Numbered from the stretch's first letter, positions 28,684-39,455 are shown. The stretch: DNA of 64,000 bases from an uncultured Chloroflexia bacterium (GCA_963712745.1 CAVQJC010000001.1:256001-320000), one strand, 5' to 3'. The notes: generated by a model from the letters alone, not told the origin. Numbers and translations: made by a program.

Positions 28684-29079
28684 CTAGCGCTTGGTGAACT
28701 GCGGCGCCTTGCGGGCTCGCTTGAGGCCGTACTTCTTGCGCTCCTTCATGCGCGGGTCGCGCGAGAGGAGGCCGGCCTGACGCAGCGGCACCCGGGCCCC
28801 CGGATCGGAGGCCAGGATGGCCCGGGCGATGCCGTGGCGGATGGCGCCGGCCTGGCCGTGATGGCCGCCGCCGTTGACCTTGACCATGGCGTTGAATTGA
28901 CCCTCCGTGCCGGTGACCCGGAAGGGCATCAGGATGTCAGCGAGGTCCACCGCGTTGCCGAAGTGCTCCTCCAGGCTGCGACCGTTGACCACGACCTCAC
29001 CCTCGCCGGTAAGGAGCCGCACGCGCGCCACGGCCGTCTTGCGGCGGCCGGTGCCCTCGTGGAAGGTGACCTGGTTCAT
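28684..29079 (-). CDS. rpsI: 30S ribosomal protein S9
   Basis: [12 protein letters not shown]...[19 protein letters not shown]. Confidence 0.97.
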   Translation of the reverse strand: MNQVTFHEGTGRRKTAVARVRLLTGEGEVVVNGRSLEEHFGNAVDLADILMPFRVTGTEGQFNAMVKVNGGGHHGQAGAIRHGIARAILASDPGARVPLRQAGLLSRDPRMKERKKYGLKRARKAPQFTKR

Positions 29080-29522
29080 CAGTTAGCGCCTCCTGCCGGA
29101 GCGGGAACCGGCTGCTGTGCCTCGTGCGGATGGTCCTTGCCGGCGTAGACCTTGAGCTTGCGCATCTGCTGGGTTCCGAGGCGGGTGTGCGGGACCATGC
29201 CCTTGACCGCGCGGCGGATCACCTCCTCGGGGCGTCGCTCCAGCAGATGGCTCAGCTTCTCCTCACGGAGGCCGCCGGGGTAGCCACTGTGCCGGTAGTA
29301 GCGCTTGGACTCCAGCTTGTCGCCGGTGACCTTGATCTTCTCGGCGTTGATGATGATGACGTGGTCACCGGTGTCGATGTGCGTCGAGTAGGTCGGCTTG
29401 TGCTTGCCGGTCAGCAGTCGCGCCACACGCGTGGCGAGACGGCCGAGCGTCTGACCGTCGGCATCGACGACCAGCCACTGGCGCTCGATCTCACTTGCCT
29501 TTGGCGTGTAGGTCCTGCTCAT
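29079..29522 (-). CDS. rplM: 50S ribosomal protein L13
   Basis: WLVVDA..LGRLA, GKHKP, HSGYPGG. Confidence 0.97.
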   Translation of the reverse strand: MSRTYTPKASEIERQWLVVDADGQTLGRLATRVARLLTGKHKPTYSTHIDTGDHVIIINAEKIKVTGDKLESKRYYRHSGYPGGLREEKLSHLLERRPEEVIRRAVKGMVPHTRLGTQQMRKLKVYAGKDHPHEAQQPVPAPAGGAN

Positions 29523-30319
29523 GGCCCCTGTCGTGCTTCCTTGTTGGATGTCCTTGTCGATCTCGATGGTCCGATCGTGGCCCGTCGCAGGCAGAGCCCA
29601 CGTGCGGGTGCGACCGCCCCTTCGAAGGCCCTGCCCGGCGATCCAAGCTCGCGGACCAGGTCCTCTGCGGTGGCCCGTCCCATCCCGATACGGATGAGGG
29701 CGGCCACGATGCTGCGCACCATCTGGCGCAGGAAGGCGTCGCCGGCCACGTCGACCGTGACCAGGTGGCCTCGCCTGCGGACCCGGATCTCGTAGAGCGT
29801 CCGGACCGAGGTGTGCTGAACGCGCCCGAAGGCCGAGAAGTCATGCCGACCGACCAGGTGCTGGGCGGCGGCGTGCATGGCCCCGGCATCGAGGCGTTCA
29901 TCGAGTTCGTAGACGTAGCGCCTGCGCAATGGCTTGCGCGGGCCCGTCCAGATGCTGTAGCGGTACTCCCTCCGCGTCGCGGCGCGACGTGGATCGAAGT
30001 CGATCGCTACCCGTGTCAGCGGCCCGATCGAGACGTCCGGGGGCAACAACGCCCCGATGGCCCGACCAAGCTCCGACGCGATCATGCTGCCCTGCCAGGT
30101 GAACGCGATCACCTGCCCGGTGGCATGCACCCCGGCATCCGTGCGACCGGCCGCGTCGATCCGGATGCGAGGCTCACCCGACAGGTGGGCCAACGCGCGC
30201 TCCAGCTCTCCCTGGACGGTCCGACGGCCAGGCTGTGCCTGGAAGCCGGCGAACTCAGTGCCGTCGTATTCGACCCGTGCGCGGTACCGCACGGGGCCGC
30301 CCTCTCGGGCAGTCTTCAT
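29519..30319 (-). CDS. truA: tRNA pseudouridine(38-40) synthase (alternative start GTG 30292)
   Basis: [27 protein letters not shown]. Confidence 0.95.
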   Translation of the reverse strand: MKTAREGGPVRYRARVEYDGTEFAGFQAQPGRRTVQGELERALAHLSGEPRIRIDAAGRTDAGVHATGQVIAFTWQGSMIASELGRAIGALLPPDVSIGPLTRVAIDFDPRRAATRREYRYSIWTGPRKPLRRRYVYELDERLDAGAMHAAAQHLVGRHDFSAFGRVQHTSVRTLYEIRVRRRGHLVTVDVAGDAFLRQMVRSIVAALIRIGMGRATAEDLVRELGSPGRAFEGAVAPARGLCLRRATIGPSRSTRTSNKEARQGP

Positions 30320-30367
30320 CTTGTCCGTCGCGTCCCGACGCTTGCGCGCCCGGCTCGGCGGCTCTGC

Positions 30368-30721
30368 CTAGACCAGCTCGAGCTGGACCATCGGGGCGCT
30401 GTCGCCGGGCCGAGGGCCAAGCTTGACGACCCGGGTGTAGCCCGAGTTGCGACCCCCGTAGCGGGGCACGATCTCGTCGTAGAGCTTCTCGATCACGAGC
30501 GGCTCATCGGGCAGCTCAGCCACGATGCGCCGGCGCTCGGCGAGGGTCCCACCCTTGGCCAGCGTGATCACACGCTCGACCATGCCGCGCACTTCCTTGG
30601 CGCGAGCCTCGGTGGTCTTGATCTGTTCGTAGCGCAGGACGGCCACGATGAGGTTGGCGTACATGGCCTTGCGTGGCGCGGTCTTACGACCGAACTTGCG
30701 CCCATCGATACGGTGAGCCAC
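30368..30721 (-). CDS. rplQ: 50S ribosomal protein L17
   Basis: IKTTEARAKE, SGYTRVVKLG. Confidence 0.96.
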   Translation of the reverse strand: MAHRIDGRKFGRKTAPRKAMYANLIVAVLRYEQIKTTEARAKEVRGMVERVITLAKGGTLAERRRIVAELPDEPLVIEKLYDEIVPRYGGRNSGYTRVVKLGPRPGDSAPMVQLELV

Positions 30722-30723
30722 GG

Positions 30724-31752
30724 CTAGACGTCCTCCTCCATGAAGGTCTCGTCCAGCTCGGCGTCGTCCTCGACATCCTCGGCCTCAGCCTCGGCATCGA
30801 AGCCTTCGAGCGCCTCGTCCTCGGGCGGCAGGAAGCCTCGCATGCGCAGGCGTTCCTTCATCTCGTCGAGGGACTTCTTGCCGAAGTTGCGCATGCGCAG
30901 CAGGTCCTCGTCCTGCAGCTGTAGCAGCTGTCCGACCCTGACGATGTTGTTGCGCTTCAGTGAGTTGTAGGCCCGCATGGGCAGGTCCAGGTCCTCGATC
31001 GGCATATCCAGCACGTTGGGCGGCAGCGTCTCCGCGCCGCTCACGGCCTCGACCTCGCTGGTCAGCTGGCGGCCGGCAGTGGTGAACTGGCTGAACTGCT
31101 CGACCAGCATCTCCGCGGCGCGGGAGAGCGCCTCTTCCGGAGAGATGGTGCCGTCGGTCTCGATGACGAGGGTCAGCTTGTCGTAGTTGGTGACCTGTCC
31201 CACTCGCGTGTTCTCGACGTGGTAGTCGACCTTGCGCACGGGCGTGAAGATGGCGTCGACCGGGATGACCCCGATAGGCAGGCCTTCCTTGGTGTCCTCC
31301 GCCGAGAGGTAGCCGGTGCCACGCTCCACGGTCAGGTCCATCTCGATGGTCGCGTCCGGCTCCAGGGTCAGGATGTGCTGGTCGGGGTTGACGATCTCGA
31401 CGTCCGCGGACTCCACGATGTCAGCCGCGGTGACCGGCCCGGCCCCGCTCTTGACGAGCTTCAGCTGGGTCGGATGGGGGACGTAGCTCTTGAGCCGCAG
31501 CCGCTTGAGGTTGAGGAGGATCTGGATGACGTCCTCCTTGACCCCGGCGATGGTGCTGAACTCGTGGCTGACGTCGCGGATCTGCACGGAGGTGACTGCG
31601 GCACCCTCCAACGACGAGAGCAGCACGCGCCGAAGCGCGTTGCCCAGCGTGACGCCATAGCCGGCGCGCAGCGGGCTCGCCTCGTACTTGCCGTAGGTCT
31701 CAGTCTCGAGCTCCTCGACGGACTCGATCTGGGCATTCTCCAGTTCGATCAT
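30724..31752 (-). CDS. rpoA: RNA polymerase alpha subunit
   Basis: GYGVTLGNALRRVLLSS, DAIFTPV, RNFGKKS; acidic tail. Confidence 0.97.
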   Translation of the reverse strand: MIELENAQIESVEELETETYGKYEASPLRAGYGVTLGNALRRVLLSSLEGAAVTSVQIRDVSHEFSTIAGVKEDVIQILLNLKRLRLKSYVPHPTQLKLVKSGAGPVTAADIVESADVEIVNPDQHILTLEPDATIEMDLTVERGTGYLSAEDTKEGLPIGVIPVDAIFTPVRKVDYHVENTRVGQVTNYDKLTLVIETDGTISPEEALSRAAEMLVEQFSQFTTAGRQLTSEVEAVSGAETLPPNVLDMPIEDLDLPMRAYNSLKRNNIVRVGQLLQLQDEDLLRMRNFGKKSLDEMKERLRMRGFLPPEDEALEGFDAEAEAEDVEDDAELDETFMEEDV

Positions 31753-31761
31753 GTGCTGGCG

Positions 31762-32388
31762 CTACCTCGAGTAGTACTCGACCACGAGCTGCTCGTTGAG
31801 TTCGAGCGGCATCTGGTCGCGGGTCGGCATCGCCGTCACGGTCCCGACAAGCTTGTCGGCGTCGACATCGACCCAGTCAGGCTTCTGGGCGCCACCGATG
31901 GCGTCCTTCAGCTGCTTGAAGTATTCGGTCTTGCGGCTGGTGGCGCGCACCTCGATCTTGTCGCCCTCCCGAACACGGAACGAGGGGATGTTGGTACGCG
32001 TTCCGTTGACGTCGAAGTGTCCGTGGCCCACGAGCTGGCGGGCCTGGGCACGACTGCTGGCGAAGCCCATGCGGTACACGACGTTGTCGAGACGGGTCTC
32101 GAGCAGTCGAAGCAGGTTCTCGCCGGTGACGCCGGGGCGCGAAGCAGCGGTGTCGTAGTACTTCTTGAACGGCCGCTCGTTGACCATGTAGACGCGGCGC
32201 ACCTTCTGCTTCTCACGCAGCTGGATGCCGTAGTTGGACATCTTGCGCCGGCGGATGCCGTGCTGGCCGGGCGGGGTGCCACGACGTTCGAAGGGGCACT
32301 TCTTGGTGTAGCACTTGCTGCCCTTGAGGTACAGCTTCATGCCTTCGCGACGGCAGAGACGGGAGACTGGTCCGCGGTATCGAGACAT
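31762..32388 (-). CDS. rpsD: 30S ribosomal protein S4
   Basis: PGQHG, QLREKQK, LETRLDNVVYR, EYYSR. Confidence 0.97.
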   Translation of the reverse strand: MSRYRGPVSRLCRREGMKLYLKGSKCYTKKCPFERRGTPPGQHGIRRRKMSNYGIQLREKQKVRRVYMVNERPFKKYYDTAASRPGVTGENLLRLLETRLDNVVYRMGFASSRAQARQLVGHGHFDVNGTRTNIPSFRVREGDKIEVRATSRKTEYFKQLKDAIGGAQKPDWVDVDADKLVGTVTAMPTRDQMPLELNEQLVVEYYSR

Positions 32389-32398
32389 GGCGAACCTC

Positions 32399-32794
32399 CT
32401 AGACCCGGCGCCGCTTGGGCGCGCGGCAGCCGTTGTGCGGGAGGGGGGTCACGTCGGTGATGGCGCTGACCTCGAGGCCAGCAGCCTGGAGCGAACGGAT
32501 AGCCTGCTCGCGACCCGAACCGGGGCCCTTCACGAAGACCTCGATCTGGCGCATGCCGTGCTCCATGGCCCGCTTGGCGGCACCATCGGCAGCCAGGGCG
32601 GCGGCGTACGGGGTGGACTTTCGGGAGCCCTTGAAGCCGGCCGTGCCGGCGCTACCCCAAGCCACGACTGCACCACTGAGGTCCGTGATCGTCACGATCG
32701 TGTTGTTGAAGGACGCCTGGATATGGACGTGCCCGGAGGGCACGTTCTTCTTCTCCTTGCGCCTGGACTTCGTGGCGCGCTTTCGTTCCGCCAT
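32399..32794 (-). CDS. rpsK: 30S ribosomal protein S11
   Basis: [26 protein letters not shown]. Confidence 0.97.
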   Translation of the reverse strand: MAERKRATKSRRKEKKNVPSGHVHIQASFNNTIVTITDLSGAVVAWGSAGTAGFKGSRKSTPYAAALAADGAAKRAMEHGMRQIEVFVKGPGSGREQAIRSLQAAGLEVSAITDVTPLPHNGCRAPKRRRV

Positions 32795-32869
32795 CGATCG
32801 GGTGTCTCTCCTGCGTGTCGCCGGGCGGGCCTCCGGTTACTGGGACCGGGCCGCCGCTGCGTTCGGTGG

Positions 32870-33241
32870 TTACTTCTTGCGCCGGACGCCGACGGTCTTC
32901 TTGGGACCGCGTCGCTGGCGTGCGTTTGTCTTGGTGCGCTGACCACGGACCGGCAGGTTGCGCCGGTGCCGCAGACCGCGATAGGAACCGATCTCGGTCA
33001 GCCGCTTGATATTCATGGCCGTCTCGCGGCGGAGGTCGCCCTCCACGGTGTAGCGGCGGTCGATGATGTCGCGCAGACGATTGACCTGCTCATCGGTGAG
33101 GTCGCGGACGCGGGTGTCCGCGTTCACGTTGGCCTGTGCGAGGACCTTCTGGCTGGTGGGCAGCCCGATCCCGTAGATGTACGTAAGCGCGATCTCCACC
33201 CGCTTCTCGCGGGGGATATCGATGCCGGCGATACGTGCCAC
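32870..33241 (-). CDS. rpsM: 30S ribosomal protein S13
   Basis: [19 protein letters not shown]. Confidence 0.97.
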   Translation of the reverse strand: MARIAGIDIPREKRVEIALTYIYGIGLPTSQKVLAQANVNADTRVRDLTDEQVNRLRDIIDRRYTVEGDLRRETAMNIKRLTEIGSYRGLRHRRNLPVRGQRTKTNARQRRGPKKTVGVRRKK

Positions 33242-33249
33242 CGTTCCTC

Positions 33250-33363
33250 CTAGCCCTGGCGCTGCTTGTGCTTGGGGTTGGAGCAGATGATCATCACGCG
33301 CCCCTTCCGCCGGATCACCTTGCAGCGATCACAGCGCCTCTTAACCGATGCAGAGACCTTCAC
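33250..33363 (-). CDS. rpmJ: 50S ribosomal protein L36 (zinc-binding type)
   Basis: Hand translation: [37 protein letters not shown]. Confidence 0.96.
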   Translation of the reverse strand: MKVSASVKRRCDRCKVIRRKGRVMIICSNPKHKQRQG

Positions 33364-33379
33364 GTCGTTCTCTCGCGTC

Positions 33380-33598
33380 CTACTTGAGTCGATAGGTGAT
33401 GCGGCCGCGGGAGAGGTCGTATGGCGACAGCTCGACGCGAACGCGATCGCCGGGGAGGATGCGGATGAAGTTCATGCGCAGCTTGCCGCTGATGTGCGCC
33501 AGCACCTGATGCTTGTCCTCGAGCTCGATCCGGAACATGGTGTTCGGCAACGGCTCGATGACCGTTCCTTCGACCTCGATTGCATCTCGCTTAGCCAC
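33380..33598 (-). CDS. infA: translation initiation factor IF-1
   Basis: [27 protein letters not shown]. Confidence 0.97.
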   Translation of the reverse strand: MAKRDAIEVEGTVIEPLPNTMFRIELEDKHQVLAHISGKLRMNFIRILPGDRVRVELSPYDLSRGRITYRLK

Positions 33599-33710
33599 AG
33601 GCGACCGCTAGACCCCGACTACATTGTTGGATGGATGGGCCCGACGCCGGTCCCGACACGGTCGGCGGGGCGCCAGCAAGCGCCGGGATCGCCCCGGCGC
33701 GCGAAGGATG

Positions 33711-33740
33711 AGTGTATCAGAAGTCGAATAGTAGCGGCAA
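33711..33740 (-). promoter_or_regulatory. putative internal promoter for infA-rpmJ-alpha genes
   Basis: TTGCCG-N18-TACACT in the map-infA gap. Confidence 0.45.
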
Positions 33741-33758
33741 GCGGCATCAGGGGCGTGC

Positions 33759-34583
33759 TCATGCGCGCACCTCTGCGGGTACCGGCAGGCCTTCGACGAC
33801 CTCACCGGCGCCCAGCGTCAGGATGCGCGGCCCGTCGGCGGTGACAGCGATGGTGTGCTCCCAGTGGGCCGCCAGGCTGCCGTCGGCAGTGGCCACGGTC
33901 CAGCCATCGGGCTTCACCCGTGTCTCATGGGAGCCGATGGTGAACATGGGCTCGATGGCGATGCAGAGGCCGACCTCGACCTTGCGACCTTTGCGACCGG
34001 TGCGGTAGTTGGTGACCTGCGGCTCCTCGTGCATCTGGTTGCCGATGCCATGGCCGACGTAGCCGCGGACGATGCCGTAGCCAGCCGCGAGCCCGACGTC
34101 CTCGATGGCGGCCGCGATGTCTTCCAGAGTGGCACCGGGGATCGCTGCGCGGACCCCCGCCAGCAGGCCCGCGCGCGTGACGTCGCTGAGTCTGCGCGTC
34201 TCGTCGGGCACGTCAGCCATGAGGAAGGTGCGCGCGGAGTCGCCGTTCCAGCCATCGACCTCGGCACCACAATCGACTGAGACCATCATGCCCTCCTCGA
34301 TGATCCGCCCGTCGGGGACACCGTGGACGACCTCGTCGTCGAGGGAGACGCAGGTCGCGTGCTGGAAGGGTCCGAGCTGACCGGGGACACCGATGAAGTT
34401 GGGCGTCCCGCCCCCGTCGCGGATGACCTCGTCAGCGATGGCGTCGAGCTGCAAGGGTGTCAGGCCCGGGCGGATGGCCTCGGCCACCGCGTCGAGCGCG
34501 GCTGCGGTGAGGGCTCCGGCCACGGCCATCTTCTCGATCTGGGACCGAGACTTGAGAACCACGCGCCGACGGTCGAAGAGCAC
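33759..34583 (-). CDS. map: methionine aminopeptidase type I
   Basis: VVHGVP, GDSART, GHGIG..MHEEP, IEPM, HWEHT; GTG 34583. Confidence 0.94.
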   Translation of the reverse strand: MLFDRRRVVLKSRSQIEKMAVAGALTAAALDAVAEAIRPGLTPLQLDAIADEVIRDGGGTPNFIGVPGQLGPFQHATCVSLDDEVVHGVPDGRIIEEGMMVSVDCGAEVDGWNGDSARTFLMADVPDETRRLSDVTRAGLLAGVRAAIPGATLEDIAAAIEDVGLAAGYGIVRGYVGHGIGNQMHEEPQVTNYRTGRKGRKVEVGLCIAIEPMFTIGSHETRVKPDGWTVATADGSLAAHWEHTIAVTADGPRILTLGAGEVVEGLPVPAEVRA

Positions 34584-34584
34584 G

Positions 34585-35295
34585 CTAGGCGGAGTTCTTG
34601 GAGGCGACGACGCGGAGCAGCTCCGCGGTGACCTCTGCGGGCGGCTGGTCGCCGGGCACCGAGAAGAGGACATCGTTGTTGGCGTAGTAGTCGACGACCT
34701 CGAACATGGCGGGCAACTGCTTGTCCAGCCGCTCCTGCACGGTCTCGGTGCTGTCGTCCGGGCGCTGGTAGAGCTCGGCCCCGTCGATGTCGCAGATGCC
34801 GTCCTGCTGCGGCGGCAAGGCGACCACGTGGTAGACGTGCTGGTCGTCCTTGCTACAGATGCGCCGCCCGGTAAGTCGCGCCAGGAGCAGGCCCGTGGGG
34901 ACCTCGATGTAGGGCACGGCGCTGACGGCGAGGCCGGCCCTGTGAAGCATCCTGTCGAGGGCCTCGGCCTGGGCCACCGTGCGCGGGAAGCCGTCGAGGA
35001 TGACGCCCTTGGCGGCATCCTTCCAGCCAAGGCGGTCGTCGACCATGGCCACCACGATGTCGTCCGGCACCAGTTCGCCGGCCTCCATCAGGCCGCGGAT
35101 CTTCTGCGCCAGCGGCGTCTCGCTCTTGAGCATGGCCCGGAAGAGCTCGCCGGTAGAGACGTGCGGCAGGTCCAGCTCCTCGGCCAGGCGCTCGGCCTGG
35201 GTGCCTTTACCGGCTCCCGGGGCACCCAGCATCACGATGATGCGACGATCTCCCCCCGTACGAGCCGCTTGCGTTGCAGCAGCTTGCGATGTCAC
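34585..35295 (-). CDS. adk: adenylate kinase
   Basis: GAPGAGKGTQA, LDGFPRT, QRPDD. Confidence 0.96.
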   Translation of the reverse strand: MTSQAAATQAARTGGDRRIIVMLGAPGAGKGTQAERLAEELDLPHVSTGELFRAMLKSETPLAQKIRGLMEAGELVPDDIVVAMVDDRLGWKDAAKGVILDGFPRTVAQAEALDRMLHRAGLAVSAVPYIEVPTGLLLARLTGRRICSKDDQHVYHVVALPPQQDGICDIDGAELYQRPDDSTETVQERLDKQLPAMFEVVDYYANNDVLFSVPGDQPPAEVTAELLRVVASKNSA

Positions 35296-36578
35296 CTGAT
35301 GAATCCCTCATAGTTGCGCATCATCAGCTGCGCCTCGAGCTGCTTCATCGTCTCCACCACGACCGAGACGACGATCAGCAATGCCGTGCCGCCCAGACTG
35401 AAGGAACCGACGACGCTGCCCGCGAAGAGCGCACCGACGATGATGGGACTGACCGCGACGGTGCCGAGGAAGAGAGCGCCGGCGAGGCTGATACGGAAGA
35501 CCACCTTGGCCAGGTAGTCACGCGTCGGCGCACCCGGTCGGATGCCCGGGATGAAACCACCGTTCTTGCGAAGCTGGTCGGCCGTCTCATCGGGCTTGAA
35601 CGTGAACGCCGTGTAGAAGTACGTGAATCCGACGACCAGCAGGAAGAACACGATCGCGTAGAGCGGACTGCCCTGGCTGAGCCAGTCGATGACGATGTTG
35701 GCAGCATCCTCGATGACGCCACCCGAAGCGCTGAAGTAGGTCGCCATCTGCACCGGGAAGAGCAGGATGCTCACAGCGAAGATGATGGGGATGACGCCGG
35801 CCTGGTTGACGCGCAACGGCAGGAACGTGGCGCCACCCTGGTACATGCGCCGGCCGCGGACGCGGCTGGCGTATTGGATGGGGATGCGGCGCTGGCCTTC
35901 CTGGATGTAGACGATGGTGGCCACCGCGGCGATGGCCAGCAGGCCGAACGCCAGTCCGGCGGCAAGGTCCGGCGAGGTGAGGAACGTGTTCACCGCCCCT
36001 GGCAGGCCGGCCACGATACCGGCGAAGATGATGAAGCTGATGCCGTTGCCGATACCGCGCTCGCTGATGAGCTCACCGATCCACATCACGAGGATGGTGC
36101 CCGCGGTCAGAGTGATGATCTGGGTCAGCGTGGTGAAGCTGGTCAGGTTGAAGTCCTGGACCACGCCGTACTGACCTGACGACAGCAGCGCCAGGTAGCC
36201 GTACGACTGCAGGATGGCCAGCGGCACCGTCAGGTAGCGCGTGTAGGAGTTGATCTTGCTGCGGCCGTACTCGCCCTCGCGGGAGAGCTGCTGCAGACGG
36301 GGCACGACGCCCGTCATCAGCTGCATGATGATCGACGCGTTGATGTAGGGGTTCACGCCCAACGCGATGATGGAGAAGTTCTGCAGGCCACCTCCGGAGA
36401 AGAGGTTCAGCATCTGCAGGAAGCTGTTCTCGCCGATTACCCCTTCCAGCGCATCGCGGTCGATGCCGGGCACGGGTACGTGCGCCAGCATCCGCACGAT
36501 GACGAGCATCCCCAGGATGAAGAGGATGCGCTTGCGGATGTCGGGCGCACGGAACGCATTGACGAGGGCCTCGAACAC
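35292..36578 (-). CDS. secY: preprotein translocase SecY
   Basis: LGVNPYINASIIMQL, GIGNGIS, AGVIPIIFA, IPGIRPG. Confidence 0.97.
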   Translation of the reverse strand: MFEALVNAFRAPDIRKRILFILGMLVIVRMLAHVPVPGIDRDALEGVIGENSFLQMLNLFSGGGLQNFSIIALGVNPYINASIIMQLMTGVVPRLQQLSREGEYGRSKINSYTRYLTVPLAILQSYGYLALLSSGQYGVVQDFNLTSFTTLTQIITLTAGTILVMWIGELISERGIGNGISFIIFAGIVAGLPGAVNTFLTSPDLAAGLAFGLLAIAAVATIVYIQEGQRRIPIQYASRVRGRRMYQGGATFLPLRVNQAGVIPIIFAVSILLFPVQMATYFSASGGVIEDAANIVIDWLSQGSPLYAIVFFLLVVGFTYFYTAFTFKPDETADQLRKNGGFIPGIRPGAPTRDYLAKVVFRISLAGALFLGTVAVSPIIVGALFAGSVVGSFSLGGTALLIVVSVVVETMKQLEAQLMMRNYEGFIR

Positions 36579-36581
36579 GGC

Positions 36582-37262
36582 TTACTCGGCAGCCTTCTCG
36601 TCGGAGGTCTCAGCCTCGGCCGCGGGCGCCTCGTCGGCCGCGGGAGCATCCTCGGGGGGCGCCTCGGCCGGCTCGGGGGTAGCCTCCGGGGCCGCCTCGG
36701 CAGCCGGCGCGGGGTCGGTCTCGGGCGTAGGCGCGTCGGCCGGGGTCTCGTCGGGCGTGGCCTCGGGTTCCGCTGCGGGCTCGGGAGCGAGCACCTGCAC
36801 ATAGCCGCCGGCCCCCTCGATCTTCGACTTGGCTGAGGCCGTGAAGGCATCAGCGGCCACGAAGACCTTGACCTCGAGGTCGCCGGAGCCGAGCACCTTG
36901 AGCGGGCGGTCGGCATGGCTGATGAGGCCCGCCGAGGCCAGGACCTCGGCGTTGACGGTGATGGGCTCCGAGCCGGCGTCGGTGCCGAAGCGACCGGCGG
37001 CGGCATACTCGGAGATGCGGCCGACGTTGACGACCTGGTACTCGATGCGGTTGACGGGCTTGAACCCACGCAGCTTGGGCACCCGCACGTGGATGGGCGT
37101 CTGGCCGCCTTCGAACCAGCCGGGGATGCTGGCACCGGAGCGCGACTTCTGGCCCTTGGTGCCGCGACCCGCGGTCTTGCCCTTGCCGGCAGCGATACCG
37201 CGGCCGACCCTAATGCGCCGCTTGGTGGAGCCGGGCGCGGGCTTCAGATCATGGAGCTTCAC
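36582..37262 (-). CDS. rplO: 50S ribosomal protein L15 with acidic C-terminal tail
   Basis: RVGRG, GRGTKGQKSR, FEGGQTP; ~65-aa A/E/P tail. Confidence 0.95.
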   Translation of the reverse strand: MKLHDLKPAPGSTKRRIRVGRGIAAGKGKTAGRGTKGQKSRSGASIPGWFEGGQTPIHVRVPKLRGFKPVNRIEYQVVNVGRISEYAAAGRFGTDAGSEPITVNAEVLASAGLISHADRPLKVLGSGDLEVKVFVAADAFTASAKSKIEGAGGYVQVLAPEPAAEPEATPDETPADAPTPETDPAPAAEAAPEATPEPAEAPPEDAPAADEAPAAEAETSDEKAAE

Positions 37263-37495
37263 GCCTCAGCCTCTTCCTTCTTCTTGGATGCGGCCTTCTT
37301 CCTGGCGGGTGCGGCGACCTCCTCGCAGTGGACGAGGTAGCGCACGGCGCGGACCTGGCCGCGCACCGCAGGATCGTCAGGCAGTTCGACCGTCTGACCG
37401 ATACGACGCAGGCCCAGGGCACGGACAGTGCCGCGCGCGCTGGGATTCGTACCCACGGTCGACTTCTTGAGCGTGACGAGCAGCTTACTGGCCAT
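37259..37495 (-). CDS. rpmD: 50S ribosomal protein L30
   Basis: [26 protein letters not shown]. Confidence 0.93.
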   Translation of the reverse strand: MASKLLVTLKKSTVGTNPSARGTVRALGLRRIGQTVELPDDPAVRGQVRAVRYLVHCEEVAAPARKKAASKKKEEAEA

Positions 37496-38042
37496 CGACG
37501 AGCTCCCCGCTCATCACGGCCTCGCCTTCGGGTGCCGGCTGGCCGGGGATGACGCTGCGCAGCTTCTTGCCACGCCACTCGGAGAGCTCGGCCGCGGAGC
37601 GCATGTTGCGCAGCCCCTCGAGCGTGGCCCGGGTGACGTTGACGGGATTGTTGCTGCCCAGCGACTTGGACAGGATGTCGCGGATGCCGGCCGCTTCCAC
37701 GACGGCACGCACCGAGGCACCGGCGATGACGCCCGTGCCCTGCGAGGCCGGCTTGAGCATGACGGTGCTGGCACCGTACTGCTGGCGGACCTCATGGGGC
37801 ACGGTCGTGCCCACCATCGGCACCTTGACGAGGTTCTTCTTGGCGTCCTCCACACCCTTGCGGATGGACTCCGGCACCTCGCCGGCCTTGCCCAGACCGA
37901 CACCGACGTGGCCTGCGCCGTCACCGACGACGACCACGGCGCTGAAGCTGAAGCGGCGACCACCCTTGACCACCTTGGCCACGCGGTTGATCTGGACGAC
38001 GCGCTCCTCGAGCGTGAGCTTGGTAGGATCGATCCGAGCCAT
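37485..38042 (-). CDS. rpsE: 30S ribosomal protein S5
   Basis: [21 protein letters not shown]. Confidence 0.97.
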   Translation of the reverse strand: MARIDPTKLTLEERVVQINRVAKVVKGGRRFSFSAVVVVGDGAGHVGVGLGKAGEVPESIRKGVEDAKKNLVKVPMVGTTVPHEVRQQYGASTVMLKPASQGTGVIAGASVRAVVEAAGIRDILSKSLGSNNPVNVTRATLEGLRNMRSAAELSEWRGKKLRSVIPGQPAPEGEAVMSGELVDGQ

Positions 38043-38050
38043 GGGCCCTC

Positions 38051-38413
38051 CTAGAACTCCAGGCCGGACTCACGAGCGCCCTCGGCGAGCGCACGGATCC
38101 GTCCGTGGTACTTGAACCCGGCGCGGTCGAACACGACGCGCTCGACACCAGCGGCCTTGGCGCGGTCCCCGATGAGGGACCCCACCTGCTTGGCGCGCTC
38201 GGTCTTCGTGCCACCGGCTCCATGCACGCCCGACTCCATGGAGGAGGCGGAGGCAAGGGTATACCCGGTGGAATCATCGATGACCTGGGCATAGATCTGG
38301 TTGATGCTCCGGAAGACCGCCAGGCGCGGTCGCTCACTCGACCCCGCCACGCGTAGGCGGAGCCGCGAGTGACGCTTCTGACGTGCGGCGGAGCGGCTTC
38401 GTGCCGTTGGCAT
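38051..38413 (-). CDS. rplR: 50S ribosomal protein L18
   Basis: [21 protein letters not shown]. Confidence 0.97.
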   Translation of the reverse strand: MPTARSRSAARQKRHSRLRLRVAGSSERPRLAVFRSINQIYAQVIDDSTGYTLASASSMESGVHGAGGTKTERAKQVGSLIGDRAKAAGVERVVFDRAGFKYHGRIRALAEGARESGLEF

Positions 38414-38497
38414 CGCGGTCGTCGATCTCCTGCTAGCGGCCGGGGCGCCCGACGGGCGCCGCGACCAGGGTTGCTCTCGTTAGCTGGTCGGGGGTGC

Positions 38498-39046
38498 CTA
38501 GGCGCCGCCGATCTTGCCGGCCTTGCCGGCCTTGCGACGCACGACCTCGCCCGCGTAGCGGACACCCTTGCCCTTGTAGGGCTCGGGCTTGCGAGTGGCG
38601 CGCACCTGCGCGGCGATCTGCCCAACCAGCTCCTTGTCGATGCCGGTCACGGCGACCTTGGTGGGGTTCTCCACCGCGAAGGCGATACCCTCGGGCGGAT
38701 CGATCTCGATGGGGTGGCTGTAGCCCAGGTTGAGCTGCAGCTTCTTGCCCACGAGCTGGGCGCGGTAGCCGACGCCCTGGATCTCGAGGTTGCGGGTGTA
38801 GCCCTCGGTGACGCCCACGACCATGTTGTTGATGAGGGTGCGGGTCAGGCCGTGTAGCTCGCGGGAGCGCTTTTCCTCGTTGGGACGCTCGACGCGCAGC
38901 TGGCCGTCCTCGGAGAGGACCTTCAGCACGGGCGTGATGTCACGCTCCAGCTGGCCCTTGGGGCCCTTGACCTTGATATGGTTGCCAGCGACGTCGACAT
39001 CGACGCCGGAGGGGATGGGGATGGGCAGCTTGCCGACTCGGGACAT
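38498..39046 (-). CDS. rplF: 50S ribosomal protein L6
   Basis: [20 protein letters not shown]. Confidence 0.97.
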   Translation of the reverse strand: MSRVGKLPIPIPSGVDVDVAGNHIKVKGPKGQLERDITPVLKVLSEDGQLRVERPNEEKRSRELHGLTRTLINNMVVGVTEGYTRNLEIQGVGYRAQLVGKKLQLNLGYSHPIEIDPPEGIAFAVENPTKVAVTGIDKELVGQIAAQVRATRKPEPYKGKGVRYAGEVVRRKAGKAGKIGGA

Positions 39047-39055
39047 CAGTACCGC

Positions 39056-39451
39056 CTACCAGACATAGGCCAGGACCTCGCCGCCGAGCTGGCTCCTGCG
39101 AGCCTGCGCGCCGGTCATGATGCCCTGACTGGTGCTGACGATGACGACGCCGAGCCCGCCCAGCACGCGCGGGATCTCGGTCTTTGATGCATAGACCCGC
39201 AGGCCTGGCTTGCTGATGCGCTTGAGCCCACTGACCACCGGCACCTTGCCCACGTACTTGAGCTTGATGGTGATGTCCTTGCGCGGGCCTGCCTGGGCCT
39301 CGGAGAAGTCTTCGATGAAGCCCTCAGCCTTGAGGATCTCGGCGATGGCCAGCTTGGTCTTGGACGCCGGCATCGAGACATCCGTGTGGCGCGCCCGGCT
39401 GGCGTTGCGGATGCGGGTGAGCATGTCGGCGATGGGATCGGAGATATTCAT
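39056..39451 (-). CDS. rpsH: 30S ribosomal protein S8
   Basis: [21 protein letters not shown]; ATG 39451. Confidence 0.97.
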   Translation of the reverse strand: MNISDPIADMLTRIRNASRARHTDVSMPASKTKLAIAEILKAEGFIEDFSEAQAGPRKDITIKLKYVGKVPVVSGLKRISKPGLRVYASKTEIPRVLGGLGVVIVSTSQGIMTGAQARRSQLGGEVLAYVW

Positions 39452-39455
39452 GTGC

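Noticed and set aside
38698-38710. Third occurrence of gatcgatctcgat, in rplF
   Set aside because: In frame (HPIEIDPP) and L6 is full length; not a frameshift
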